Below the pieces are notes generated by a model. That model saw nothing but the letters and a program-made list of their open reading frames with translations. It was not told the DNA's origin and searched no databases. A stretch of 64,000 nucleotides of DNA, taken from Mobula hypostoma. Taxonomy: Eukaryota. This document shows positions 1-12,330 of this stretch, one piece after another; the stretch's first letter is position 1; the number at the start of each line of letters is the position of its first letter. The stretch is taken from the NCBI RefSeq assembly GCF_963921235.1, contig NC_086097.1, positions 200,882,001 through 200,946,000 on the forward strand. The letters run 5' to 3'. A program made the position numbers and the translations under genes.

Positions 1-430
1 GTCACTGACAGCAACGTGACACCTGCAACAGAGAAAGTTGTCTTTAACAAGACAACTGCCAAACCTAATGCCACTCCACAGGTCCAGAGACCCTATCCTG
101 AAAGAAACAGAACATCACCCAAAAGACTGAATCTTTAATATAGTGAAGGAAGTTATGGACTGTTATTAACAAAATCAAACAAACACTGTTATTGAGAAAG
201 CATGTTTATTTGAACATGGTCTGTTAAAAGGAAATTGAATGTTCTATTACATATAGAGTTTGATGTTATGTTAATCTAAAGGGGGAGGAAGTGTAGTGTG
301 CAGACACAACAAGGTCCAGTACAGCACCTCCTCTTGTTGAACTTTCTACATATTGATTTAAGAAACCCTCCTGAATGCACCTAACAAATTCTGCTCAACC
401 TAAGCCTCTTGCACTCAGAAGGTCCCAGTT
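1..430 (+). mobile_element. 3' end of a Gypsy-type LTR retrotransposon (pol C-terminus, PPT, start of 3' LTR)
   Basis: A reading frame ends ...RPYPERNRTSPKRLNL* (stop 136-138), typical of Gypsy integrase tails. A polypurine tract AAAGGGGGAGGAAG (278-291) is immediately followed by TGTAG (292). The LTR end is not defined. Confidence 0.7.
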
Positions 431-805
431 TATATTAGGGAAGTTCAAGTCCCCCATGACAACAATCCTATTGTTTTTACACCTTTCCTTAATCCGCCTG
501 CTAAGACCCAGGCTATTTTACTACCTATTGTCCAATCCTCAAAGAATATGGCCTCAATGTTCTGATGGTACAATCCCATCAGAGTGATTGCATCCATCCA
601 ATATTTTGAATTCTACCCATATAGGGCCAGTGTATGAGCCCTTCTTTGTGTCCCCAGCTGTGATATTGTCCTGATTAGTAATGCCACTATCAACCCCACC
701 ACCCCACCTCTTTTACCTCCCTCTCTATCTTTTCTAAAACATCTATACCCTGGAACATTAAGCACCCATTCATCTCCTTCTCTCAGCCAAGTCTTGACCA
801 CAACA
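420..805 (-). mobile_element. CR1-like LINE, AP-endonuclease fragment
   Basis: ORF 613-801 reads WVLNVPGYRCFRKDREGGKRGG-VALLI, a CR1 APE motif. Confidence 0.85.
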
Positions 806-989
806 AATTGTTAATTTATTCTCTTTAAGAACATCTTCAATTGGAGTGGAATGGTGAGCTAATGAAACATAAACGGGCATAATAATTATAATGATTCATA
901 TTAAATATATATTTGATATAATTCATAGCAATTTGACCTCATACATCGGAAGCCAGGGCTTTTGCTGCATTATTGATACACTGGGGGGT

Positions 990-1645
990 GACAGCCTGTG
1001 CAGCAATACAAGGTGAGATTTTGGTCATCAGATCATGCATTGTTGACTCAGTGTTCAGATAGAACTGGACATAGATCCCATGATGGTGTCAAGCTTTGTG
1101 CATAAACCTGTGTAGGGTTGCAGCTGGGCTGCCCAAACCTCTTGAGGACTCTTGCAAGCTTTTTCAGTAGCCTTGGCATTGCTACAAGCATCTCTGCATT
1201 CATGCTCATTAGCCTCTGCCCAGAAGTCTTTCCCATTGTAGCCTTCCAGGGCAGAATAGTTTCCCACCATGCACATATCGTGCGTATGTAGAAAAGCTTC
1301 AGGAATTCAGGAGCTAATTAAATCACTGCAGTGTATTTTTGTAAATGCAGCATTAATGTAACTGATCCAATTATGTTTCTGATCAATGATGACCCAGTGC
1401 AGTGAGTGGCCCGGTAATGATAATGTCTTTAGTGTCAATGGGAGGCGAATTACACTCTGTACTAAGATGCTACTTTTAAGATCAGTACTTTTATGGATCT
1501 CTTGCAACTTATCAATGCTTTTCAGGTTTAGCTGTCTGAAGACCCAGGCTATTTTAGTTACCTACTGTCCAATTCCCAAGGAAGATAGCCAGGCATAAGG
1601 CACTGCCCTGAGGAACTCCTGCAGTAGTATCCTCGGCCTGAAATA
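990..1645 (-). mobile_element. Degenerate non-LTR retrotransposon RT fragment
   Basis: Minus strand near 1600-1625 reads GVPQG-like (gcaggagttcctcagggcagtg). Heavily decayed. Confidence 0.5.
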
Positions 1646-1784
1646 GGTGTAGAGTTTCAGTGAAAGCCATTCTTAATGAAACATGGAATCTCAAACACTG
1701 TTGCTTGTTGACATTCAGAAAGGAGACCTTCTCCCTGAACTTACTAATGTATCTCTGCCTGGGTGCAACAGCTGTGTCAAAGCC

Positions 1785-2185
1785 TTCAAGTTTAAGCGTA
1801 TTATCATCTGACTATACATATATGCGACCAAACAAAACAACATTCCTCCAGACCATAGTGCACCCACAATACATACAGTATATCACATACAGCGCATAAA
1901 ACAAAATATTATCACTATTAAGTTAATAAAATATAATTCAAAATGCATGTGAAGTGTACAGCACAGGTAAACAGTAAATAGTGCAGTATATAGTAAACAG
2001 CTCACTGTCCTTGTGATGAGACCTTGGTGGTGGCAGGGTATTCATTAGCTCACAGCCTGTTACACAGGAAACTGTTATCCTGTCTGGCATTCCTAGTCCT
2101 GTTGCTCCTGTACCTCCTTCCTGACAGTAGTGGGACAAAGAGATTGCGGGCTGGGTGGTAGGGATCCTCAACCACATTCGGGCCC
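1785..2185 (-). mobile_element. Rex1/L2-like LINE 3' fragment
   Basis: Contains reverse-complement 3' motifs (tcctgtacctccttcctga, gaaactgtt) shared with the other Rex1-like copies in this window. Confidence 0.55.
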
Positions 2186-5100
2186 TTTGTTTACAACATG
2201 CACTTCGTATCCTTGAAGCAGGACAAAGTCCTCCTGCACCTGCCAAGTCACTCTTCAGTCTTCAATAACCTTAAAGAACCCTGAAAACCACTGAGCACTT
2301 GAACAATCACCACAGCAAGTAGAAGTGAATCAGCAGCTGACCTGAAGATAGCTAATGGGTTCGTTAAATACCACTGGTGTAAAGGGTGCGTCCGTCGAGG
2401 AGCTGATCACATTTTCTTCTGTGAGCTTCAGAGTGGTTGCTAACCAGAAGATTGAACTCCAAAATGAAAGCACTGGTGTCATCTCCGCAATGTGTAATGA
2501 TTGGCACTGCTCACTGACTGGTATCATATCATCCAGCTGCTTACTTCCTACAGATGTTAACACCTTCACCATTTGGTGTCCCATATGACTCGCACCATTG
2601 TATCCAAAGCATATCAGACAATACACCGGAACCAAGTTAGAGCTACAAAGTTGAATTTTGTGGCCTATGGACTTTTCCCTCTGAGAATAAATCAGCTTGT
2701 TTAATTTCCCCATTGTTATGTTCCAAATTTTCTTCAAGTGACCTTTAGTACCCCTGACTTACGGCAACAACGTCTTTCTGATTGTATTACTCATTAAGGT
2801 CATTAAGAGTGCCAAAAGGCCAAGTTTCAGGCATCTCAGATGACTATAGATTCCAAGCCTCCAGTATTGCCTAAGAACATTACTGGACAGGAAGTCATGG
2901 GAGATCACTAGCACACAATACTTGGTCGGTACTGCTGATGGCTGCACAATTGTGCTCAGCCTATGAACGAAACATTTAAAATATTTATATTTGTTATTTA
3001 CATCAATATAAAATATTCAGAACAATGTGTGGGTAAATTGACTGTATTTCTTATTTTGGTTAGAAAGTATAAACAGCATTTCAAACAAAAAAAGTCACAA
3101 AACACTTTATCTTTTTTTGAAGAAATATGCATCACAAAGGCCCTTACGCTAAGCCAGACAGCACAATGCTTGTCACTTCAGTCATCATGCTGATGTCATG
3201 GATGAGTGATTCCTTTTTCTCTATTTTATTTAACTCTTTCTTTTCTCCTCTCCCAAATGAGATTTAGGAGATCTTTTTTCTAAAAGGTACAGATTTGAAA
3301 TTCTGGTTTGATAACTAAAGAGAGCACTGGCACTTCACAGCTGTTCCAGAGGTAGCTCACATGTCTGTCATGCTTTTTAACAAAGAGTAGTGATTGGGTC
3401 AAATGACATCAGTATTGCCCGCATGGCCAGTTTTCACTTGATTCCTAGTTTTTGTTCCCTGGCTTTCATGTTTAGATTTTCCAGCTGTTTAATTACACCA
3501 AATTTCACATTTTCCATTGTTTTAATTTTGCATTTACTAAGGTACATAATTGTTCCTCACCTACATATATATATTAGTATTGAGGGATGTATATTTTTGA
3601 TAAATATTAAAAGTGCAAAGCATAAATTAGACACACTATCTCCATCTAGTTTGAGTAAGTTAATACTCTTGAAACCAACGATTTTAAAGGAATCTTTGAA
3701 TGGACTATCAGTGTAACCAGCTCTTTTTCTCCTTCCATGGAAAAAATATTAACTCAGAGAATGACTGCTCATTTTTGAAAAAAATGGCCATGTCACAGAA
3801 AAGGGCAGAGAATTAGACCACAGTTGATAATTCTTCTTACAGAACTTAAAAAGCTTGAAATTTCTTGGAGATTGATCTTCCCAACAGCATGCAGCAAATA
3901 GCAAACAACGTGCACATCATGTTAAAGGGATTACATGCTGAAAATTAAACTTGTAATCTTATGAATGTGGACATGTGGCATGGTTTCATTCAGTAGAATG
4001 CATATGAAAATCAATTTATTTTCTCCGTGCAACATGATTTTGATCATTTCCAGGCGTAACTGTGTCATTTTAGAAATGCATACAGCCACTTTTTTTTTTT
4101 GCAAACTGCTCTCACACTGATGATGCATTCCTGTAAAAGATACACCCCTAATAACAACATTCCCAATACAGAACCTTTAACACCACAGAACTACAAACAA
4201 TCTGCCGGAGATCTCAGCAGGACAAGCAGCATCTGTGAGAGGAAAAAAAATTGTCAATGTTTCAGGTTGAAACCTTGACTGGCCTACTTTGCTCCTCCAG
4301 CAGATTGTTTGTTGCTCCGGACTCCTGCATCTGTCGTCTCTTGTGTTACCTCTTAGACAATTGCCAGGAAAATAGATTCACCCACATGGTTCTGAGGCAG
4401 ATTTGTCATTGGATCTTATCAAAAAACTCCCTGCAGCAGCACGAAATAAAGGGAGCTTCCCCAAATCAATTTTATCCCTACAAAGGGACCCTGACCCAGG
4501 CACATTCCCTTTAATTTCTGTCATTCTGAGAATATTTTAGAAATCCTCAGTCAAGCACACAAAACCATGATACCTTCTGAATGCACTTGCAACGTCTTCA
4601 TTGATTATGATTGATTTAGGATGTATAAGAGAGCACTTCAGATCCTGTGACGCAGCACGTATTATCAGTCAGAATGGTCACCACCATTCATTCCAAAATT
4701 ATTGGAATTTAACACTTTGCTGTGTCCTCCAACATTACCATTGAAGGCATTAAAAAGGACAGTAATGTAGATAAATTCACATCATTTTTATTTTGTATAA
4801 TGTTTCTACAACAAAGGGATTGCATTGATCTCATCTATATATTTAAAAAAATGCAGAAAGTTCACATAAAACTATCAATGTGCACTTTACAAGTACTCTC
4901 TAAAAATAAATCAGTTTTATTTTAAAATATTCTATTCGGATCACTGGCTCACTGTTTCTGTACACTAATGACACAATAGGTCAAGTCAGGCAGCATTTAA
5001 CCTGTTGACATTCCCTATTAACCTTGAATGGTGTTGATCTTTGTACAAACGTATAAGACTGCAATCTACTCTTAACTAAAATGGCCAGGTAAGCAATCAG

Positions 5101-5425
5101 AACTTCCATTGGTGGCTCAAAGAGATGGCTAAGCTCCCATGGGAAGATAAAGTTGAGCAGACATTTATGACTGAGAGAAATGGGAGGTAAAAGGAGTTTG
5201 AGAAATAGAGGAGGTAATCCAAATGCAACTGCGCTATCAGTGACCAAATCATCAGACTGTACAGTTCGACACCACCAACAGTTCACATTTTATGATCAGA
5301 AGGGTTCAGTTTCATGATCTGCTAACACCATTTCAAGGTTTGTACTCAAACTTGGTCTCCAGTCTCAAGTTTGACTGTTGACCATTAAAGCGCACCTTAG
5401 TCACAATGCCAAAATTAGAGCATAA

Positions 5426-6659
5426 CTAGACAATGGGGTGACCCGTTAGGGCACCCTTTGAGAGAAGGGCAGTGCAGTCTGATATGACCAGAATGAACAT
5501 TAAATTTTCCTGAATGCTCCTGGTATCGCTTTGCTTTGGAAACTGAAGTAGAAAACCTCAGTTCATTAAGGAAGAAAGACGCGTAGCAAAGCAAATATAG
5601 CTCCTCCTCATTTAATGAAGGACACTCTGATGGCATCATTTCCGGTTTATCTGCCACCCTTGTGCCTCTCGTTGTCATTCTGGAGACGTGCAGTCCTTTC
5701 ATCCCCCGTCTCTTCATCTCTTTTGCTGTTTGTTCTTTGTCTCTGATGCTGGAGACGTGCATTTCTCAGCTCCTTTGTCTCGTCCTCTCTCCTCCTTCTG
5801 TGCCTGTTTTTGTCATTCTGGAGATGTGCAGGCCTTTCATCCCTGTCTCTTCATCTCTTCTGCTGTTTCTTGTTTGTCTCTGATCCTGGAGACGTGCATG
5901 CCTCTCCTCCTGTCTCTTCTTCTCTCATCTTTTTTGTCCTGACTTTTTGATCCTGGAGTCATGCGACCCTGGCCTCATCCGATTCTTGTTCTCTCCCTCT
6001 CCTTGCCACTTCCCGATGACATTTGGCGTCATCTCTTGACCATAATGTCCCCCTTCCCTTTCCACATGGCATAATTAGGCTGACCATTTTTTTTACCCTA
6101 ACGTTGGATAGAAGATACGAAGCAGTAACAGCAAAGGATGCTGATTATTCTTGATGACGTGATTGGCGCTCTCCTAAATGGACGTGATATAGTCACTGCC
6201 GTCCTTTGACTGCAGCAAAGGGTTTTATGGGTGTCTGGAAGTACGTCATTACAATAAGATTTAATTATTTCTTATTGATGGGTCTCAGTCTGATCTGTCC
6301 CAATCCTGCACATGCTGATGGTAATTAGCAGAATGTGTCCCCTCGAAATAGAGCTGCCCTGCCCTTTTGGTCCGGTAGGTGTCGCTGCTGAAGCTTGCCG
6401 TGTGCATGTGTCAGACTGTCACATCCCAATTTCCATGATGGCGGATCATCTCTCGGGTGAAGGTGAGCCTGTTGATTTTTGCAAATGAGCAATTTTATAG
6501 GAATATATAATCCTGAACTTTGCCTGCATTCTGTAAGTTAGCACATTTTAATTTGATTTAGCCAAAAAAAGCGCCACTGTAATGCACTGTTTGCACTAAT
6601 TGGAGGTCACAAACAGACAAACAGACAGACAGGGCATGAGAGTTTTAATAGTATATAGA
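5426..6659 (-). mobile_element. Non-autonomous Helitron (~1.23 kb)
   Basis: 5' end TCTATATACTATTAAAA at 6659. 3' end CTAG|T at 5426, preceded by the GC-rich hairpin GGGTG-CCC-TAAC-GGG-T-CACCC (5456-5436). Internal broken ORF from ATG 6072 has (ARLQxQRQ...RRDEET) repeats. Confidence 0.85.
5660..5965 (-). repeat. Degenerate ~66-69 bp coding minisatellite (about 5 units) inside the Helitron
   Basis: CTGGAGACGTGCA-like anchors recur at ~5680, 5749, 5818, 5886 and 5954. Confidence 0.85.
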
Positions 6660-7919
6660 CAATTCTAAACTGAGTATATAAACCAAGCCATGTGCGGTGT
6701 CATACAAACATCAATCAATCACCATTCCTCATGCTGTTAGACAACAGGACCATGAGACATCAGAGCAAAATCGGGCCATTCGGCCCATCAAGTTTACTCC
6801 GCCATTCCATCATGGTTGATTTATATTCCCTCTCAACCCTGTTCTCCTGTCTTCTCCCCATTAATGTTGGTCTTTCTTGTGTATCCGCCCATCTTATTGC
6901 TGCTAGGTAGTGTGACTTCACAAATTAGTGGTTCCTGACTTGCAGTGGTGGAGAAAGTCAACTGCCTTCTTGGGAAACCTTAAGCTGTTCTTCGAAGTAC
7001 ACATAATTATGTGTAACCTGCAACTATTTTGATAGGAATGATACATCCCCCATAGCTAAATAACTGATAGTGTGTGCAAGCTGTGAGAGAAGGAGGTGAA
7101 GTCCATAATGGGTATTGTGTAAGGGTGCAGTGGAGCATTTTTATGTTAGATGCAAGTCCTGAGTGAATGATTTTTAATGGGTGAGTGAGGCGGGGCATGG
7201 TGCATTAAGCAGAGACTAAGGTCAGTAATACAATTGACAGGATAAGGTATTTTATGATGCAGCCAATCGCTTTGCCCTGAGTGTACAGTCAGTGAATTCC
7301 CTATGGCACGCCATCTCAGAGGCTTGATTTGTGGCACTGATTACATCAGCTTTGTCTTCCTGCTCATTCCATCTGTTTCTGGAGGCTTTCCTTGTTCCTG
7401 AAGATTAAGGAGTCTGCTTGAATTTTGCATCCTTTCCACAGAAGATGAAAAATCATGGAGCCCATACTCTCCACATGCCCATGGTAGGGTGCTATCATCA
7501 CTTCCACCCCCCCCCAACCCCTAACACTATGCATCATCTGCCACGACACAGTAATCTTCCCCTTTAGGAGGTATTGTCTGATTCAGGCAAGGTCGGACTG
7601 ATGTTAGCCACTCATGAAATCAGACTCCCCCTGATGGAATAAAACGCATAATCACATGGTTAATATTGATGGAACACCAAACTTCACAGGGCAACACACT
7701 TTTTGAGCACTACCTTCACCTGTTACATGGTCGCAGATAAATCTCACATCATGCACTTTCAACATTGGTGTCCATTTCAGGCCTTAACTGTCAAACACAT
7801 CGTTAGCTTACAATTGTTTGGTATGCCCTTGTGGTTTGCCTGGTTGCGGTAAATGTCCCTTTTCAGTTTACCATTCCTCAGATTTTACCGTCTTTTTCCT
7901 ACATATGTTTGAATATATA

Positions 7920-9472
7920 CAGCACCTATAAAAAGTATTCACCCCGCCGCCCCGGAAGTTTTCATGTTTTATTGTTTTGCAACATTGAATCACAATGGAT
8001 TTCATTTGGCTTTTTTTACAACGATCGACAGAAAAAGACTTTTTTGTCAAAGTAAATGCAGATCTCTACAAAGTGATCTAATATAAAACGCAAAATATTT
8101 AATTGCATCAGTATTCACTCCCTTTAATATGACACACCAAATAATCACTGGTACAGTCAACTGGTTTTATAAGTCACATAATTAGTTAAATGGAGATCAC
8201 CACGTGCAGTCAAGGTGTTTCAGTTGATTGTAGTAAAAATACACCTGTATCAGGAAGGTGAAACTGCTGGTGAGTCAGTATCCTGGCAAACCCACACCAC
8301 GAAGATGAAAGAACACTACAAACAACTCCGTGAAAAGGTTATTAAAAAGCAAAAGTTAGGAGATGGATACATGAACTAAGTCACTGAATATCCCTTGGAG
8401 CACAGTTAAGTCAATAATCAAGGATTGGAAAGAATGTGGCACAGCTATAAATCTGCCTAGAGCAGGCTGTCCTCAAAAACTGAGTGACCGTGCAAGAAGG
8501 GGTCTAATGAGAGAGGCCACCAAGAGATCCAGAACAACTCTGGAGGAATTACAAGTTTCAGTGGCTGGGATGGGAGAGATATGCTTACAACTTTATTGCT
8601 CAGGTGCTTCACAAGTCAGAGCTTAATGGAAGAGTGGCAAAGGGAAAGCTACTTTTGAAAAAAAACTCACATGAAATTTCAGCTAGAGTTTTCTGGAAGC
8701 AATGTGGGAGACTCTGAAGTCAGCTGGAAAAAGGTTCTATGGTCTTATGAAACAAAAATTGAGCTTTTTGGGTATCAGACTGAACACACATCACCAAAAA
8801 TACACCATCCCTACCGTGAAGCACAGTGGTGACTGCATCAAGCTGTGGAGATGCTTCACTGCAGCAGGTCCTGGAAGGCTTGTGAAGGTAGAGGGTAAAA
8901 TGAATGCAGCAAAATACAGGGAAATCCTGGAGAAAAATCTGACGTAGTCTGTAAGAAAACTGCGACTTGGGAGAAGATTTGTTTTCCAGCAAGACAATGA
9001 CCTCAAGCATAAAGCCAAAGCTACACAGGATATCTTGGAGTGGTCAAATCAGAGTCCGGACCTCAATCCAATTGAGAATTTGTGACTGGGCTTGAAACGG
9101 GCTGTTCATTCACAGTCCACATGAAATCTGACAGAGCTTGACCAGTTTGGTAAAGAAGAATGGGGAAAGATTGTAGCGACCACACGTGCAAAACTGACAG
9201 AGACCTCTCCGTGCAGTCTCTAGGCTGTAATTGCTGCCAGAGGTGCATCTACTAAATATTGACCTAAAGGGGGTGAATACTTATGCAATCAATTATTTTG
9301 TGTTTTATATTTGCAATTAATTTAGATCACTTTGTAGAGATCTGTTTTCACTTTGACACAAAGGCGTCTTTTCCTGTTGATCAGTGTCAAAAAAGCCAAA
9401 TTAAATCCACTGTGATTCAATGTTGTAAAACAATAAAACATGAAAATTTCCATGGGGGTGAATACATTTTAT
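7920..9472 (+). mobile_element. Tc1-family DNA transposon with long (~200 bp) IR/DR-type TIRs; transposase pseudogene
   Basis: Left end TA|CAGCACCTATAAAAAGTATTCACCCC; inverted copy ~9270-9472. Fragmented transposase includes [46 protein letters not shown] and [10 protein letters not shown]. The last bases of the right TIR are replaced by the next element. Confidence 0.95.
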
Positions 9473-9910
9473 TCGTGGCTTAAGATAGAAGGAGATGAGT
9501 TATACAGCTCTCTTTACATGCACATGCAGTTCAACTCTTTGAGTGATTATGCAGAAAGCTTGAAGTTAATAACTCCTCAGTTAATAACTCATCAGGGGTG
9601 ATTGATAAGTTCGTGGCCTAAGGTAGAAGGAGATGAGTTATTAACTTCAAATTTTCTGCATAATCAGTCAAAGAGTTGAACTGCACGTGAATGTAACAAG
9701 AGCTGTATAACTCATCACTACCTACATTGGCCACGAACTTATCAATCACCCATCTGTGGACACTTTCTGGAGGTCCAAGATCCGTATGCTCCACGACCGC
9801 TGGATTAAGTGTGTAAATGTAGGAGGGGATGATGTTGAAAAATAAATGTGCTAGGTTTTATAAAATTGACTCCTTCTACCTTAGGCCACGAACTTATCAA
9901 ACACCCCTCG
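9473..9910. mobile_element. Mariner-like MITE with four TIR copies and an internal inversion
   Basis: TIR motif GGGGTG(A/T)TTGATAAGTTCGTGGCCTAAGGTAGAAGGA occurs forward at ~9473 (truncated) and ~9595, and inverted at ~9720-9751 and ~9871-9910. Right end ...CACCCCTCG|TA. Confidence 0.8.
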
Positions 9911-11959
9911 TATGTATGTGTGTATGTGTGTATATATATAGTAATGGACCACGTGCTAGAAAATGGGATTAGTATAGATGGGTACCAGGTGGCTGACGTG
10001 GTGACGTTGTCAGGGTTGGCTAAAAGCCCTGCTTCTGTGCTGTGCGCCTCTTTTACTCTGTAAGGGAAGTGCTCTGTGTGCTTTGCCCACTAGCAGCAAA
10101 TCAGGCACATTGTCCTCACATTCACACTCCAGGTGTGTGAAGCTGGCAGCCAAACCCCTGGACTGAAATGTTCCTATTAATGTTTTTTTTTAGAGGAAGC
10201 AATAGTCAAGGTCAGATGTGTTATTGATAGCTAATTATGTATACAAAGTACAACACAGAGAATATTTTAAAATTTCATGGGCCACCTGAGACAAATCACT
10301 TGCTGAGCCTGTGTTCCCATGACAATCTATACATGGATTTTGTTTTACTGTATCTGCCACAGTAACAGTCACTTGAATAACTGTACTATAGGCTGAAAAT
10401 TGCTGCTGTCAATATTGGTGGCTGAATGTTTAATGCTTTCAAATGAGTATTTCTGCCACAATTTTAAAGCAGACACTAACCTGTTTATATTAAATGTTTT
10501 AAGTGTTCATTTGCTAATATTGCTAGCAGGCTAATATCACTTTCCTGGAGTGCTGCTGATTACTATAAGGTATCAGTTCATCAACACAAATATTGAGTGC
10601 ATAATTTTTCACAGACTATTTTTGTTCATAACCAAACTAATTGAACATTTTTGGTGATGCTTTTCAGAAAATACAGGCTGTGCCTCTGTCTTGACCCAGT
10701 TTTAGTTTATTTTTATCCCTCCATGACCGTGCTTCAGGGTGACTTTCCTCATAATATATGGTTGAAGAAGATATAAAATAGCCATAATTTGTTGAACTCT
10801 CCCCTTGGTAACATGGCTGAACATGGGAATTCAGACCAAAGGGCACCGTGCTGCCTCTTCTCATTTCCTCTGAAGATAAAGGAGCCCAATTTCTTTCAAT
10901 ATAATAAATTATTTGTGTGGGTGGGAATAGGACAATGGGCAGAAAAGTAATTTACACCCCTCAGGTGAATCCGTAAGGCGCTTTCCCTACTTATAGACAG
11001 TACAAAGATCTTAAGCAACGTTTGCAACCAAGTGATGAACACATGACACCCAGGAGCTAACCTTTACCTTGTAACCGCGATAGATTGTGTAGCTTTGCAA
11101 CTTACCCAAAGTTGACATTGGGAAACCCAAATAAGTTAATTGTCGGGGCAAACAATAGGCACAATACTGCTAGGGATCAACCTTTCCTGGCCCAAGCCAA
11201 ATGATATCAGCAGCTCAGATCTGTGAGCAGTGAAACAAGAATGTGAAAAGGGAAATACAGAGGCTGGACTTGACCAAGTTAACGACTTAATTACATGCAT
11301 TGCTGAAGACTTTTGTCCTGATCCTCTGTAGGCTGACGAACTGGTGTCAGAGAGATGAATTTTTTTTCCATTCATTTGCAGTTCCCATCCAAAGTTGCAA
11401 GTTACTTCTGTGGAACCTGGAGAATCACTTTTGATGCTCCAGATGCCATAACATGTACAAATATCCTGGGCCAGCTAAAGAACAGTGCCCGTGTTCTGCG
11501 CTAGAACTTAGCAAATGGGATAATGCAAACATATTGAATGGCACATATCTCAAATTCAAAGACACAAAGGCACAAGTGGGAAGTTATTCACTCAAGAATT
11601 TGTTGTCAAGCTGCATTATGCAGATGGCACTTGCATTTGCACACACACAGAAGTGAATCTTCAAGCCATTATCAATGCTTTGTGAATCATATGAGAAGAT
11701 ATGCCTTACACTCAGTATGAGTAAGATACAGTATACGTCCTCCATCAAATCACTCTGCTGTATCAGATTTTCTACCAACAGTACAGATTCCATTATAACA
11801 CTGGAAAAAATATGAACAACTTTCAATGTCTATGAAGGGTCATATTCATACTCATTGGAACAACAATGAAATTCAATCACCATCAGCACAGATACCAGAT
11901 GATTGAAGAAAAGCATTTTAGAAAATTAAAATCCGCACATGATACAAAACTCGTCATAT

Positions 11960-12330
11960 ACTGAGTGGAAGTGATCCCTGCCCTCCTGTGTGCCACAGAA
12001 ATATGAGCTACCTACAGCAGGCATCTCAAGGCAATGGAAAAATAAGACCAACATTGTCTCTGCAAAATCTTACAAGTTCACTGCAAAGACAAATGAAACA
12101 ACACCTGTCCTCTCTCAGGCCAACATCACAGGGTTGAGACTTCGGTTTTATTCAGTCAGCTATGTCGGGCTGGTCACATTGTCCACCAAAATAGGATCTA
12201 TTCCAAATGCTGAGAAAGGAAAAGATTACTGAGTGGACAGTGGAAAAGATTATTTAATTTGTTCAAAGTTTCCCTACTGACTCCTGGGAATCTTTGGCCC
12301 ATGATCGAGAATCATGGCCCAGGATAGAGA
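11960..12330 (+). mobile_element. Old RTE-clade LINE remnant
   Basis: VLSQANITG followed, after a frameshift, by AGHIV; this resembles the RTE C-terminal VL..AN...LRWAGHV motif. Confidence 0.55.

Noticed and set aside
5660..5965. Regularly spaced repeats resembling a CRISPR array
   Set aside because: The units are degenerate along their whole length with related 'spacers', lie within a Helitron in vertebrate DNA, and there are no cas genes.
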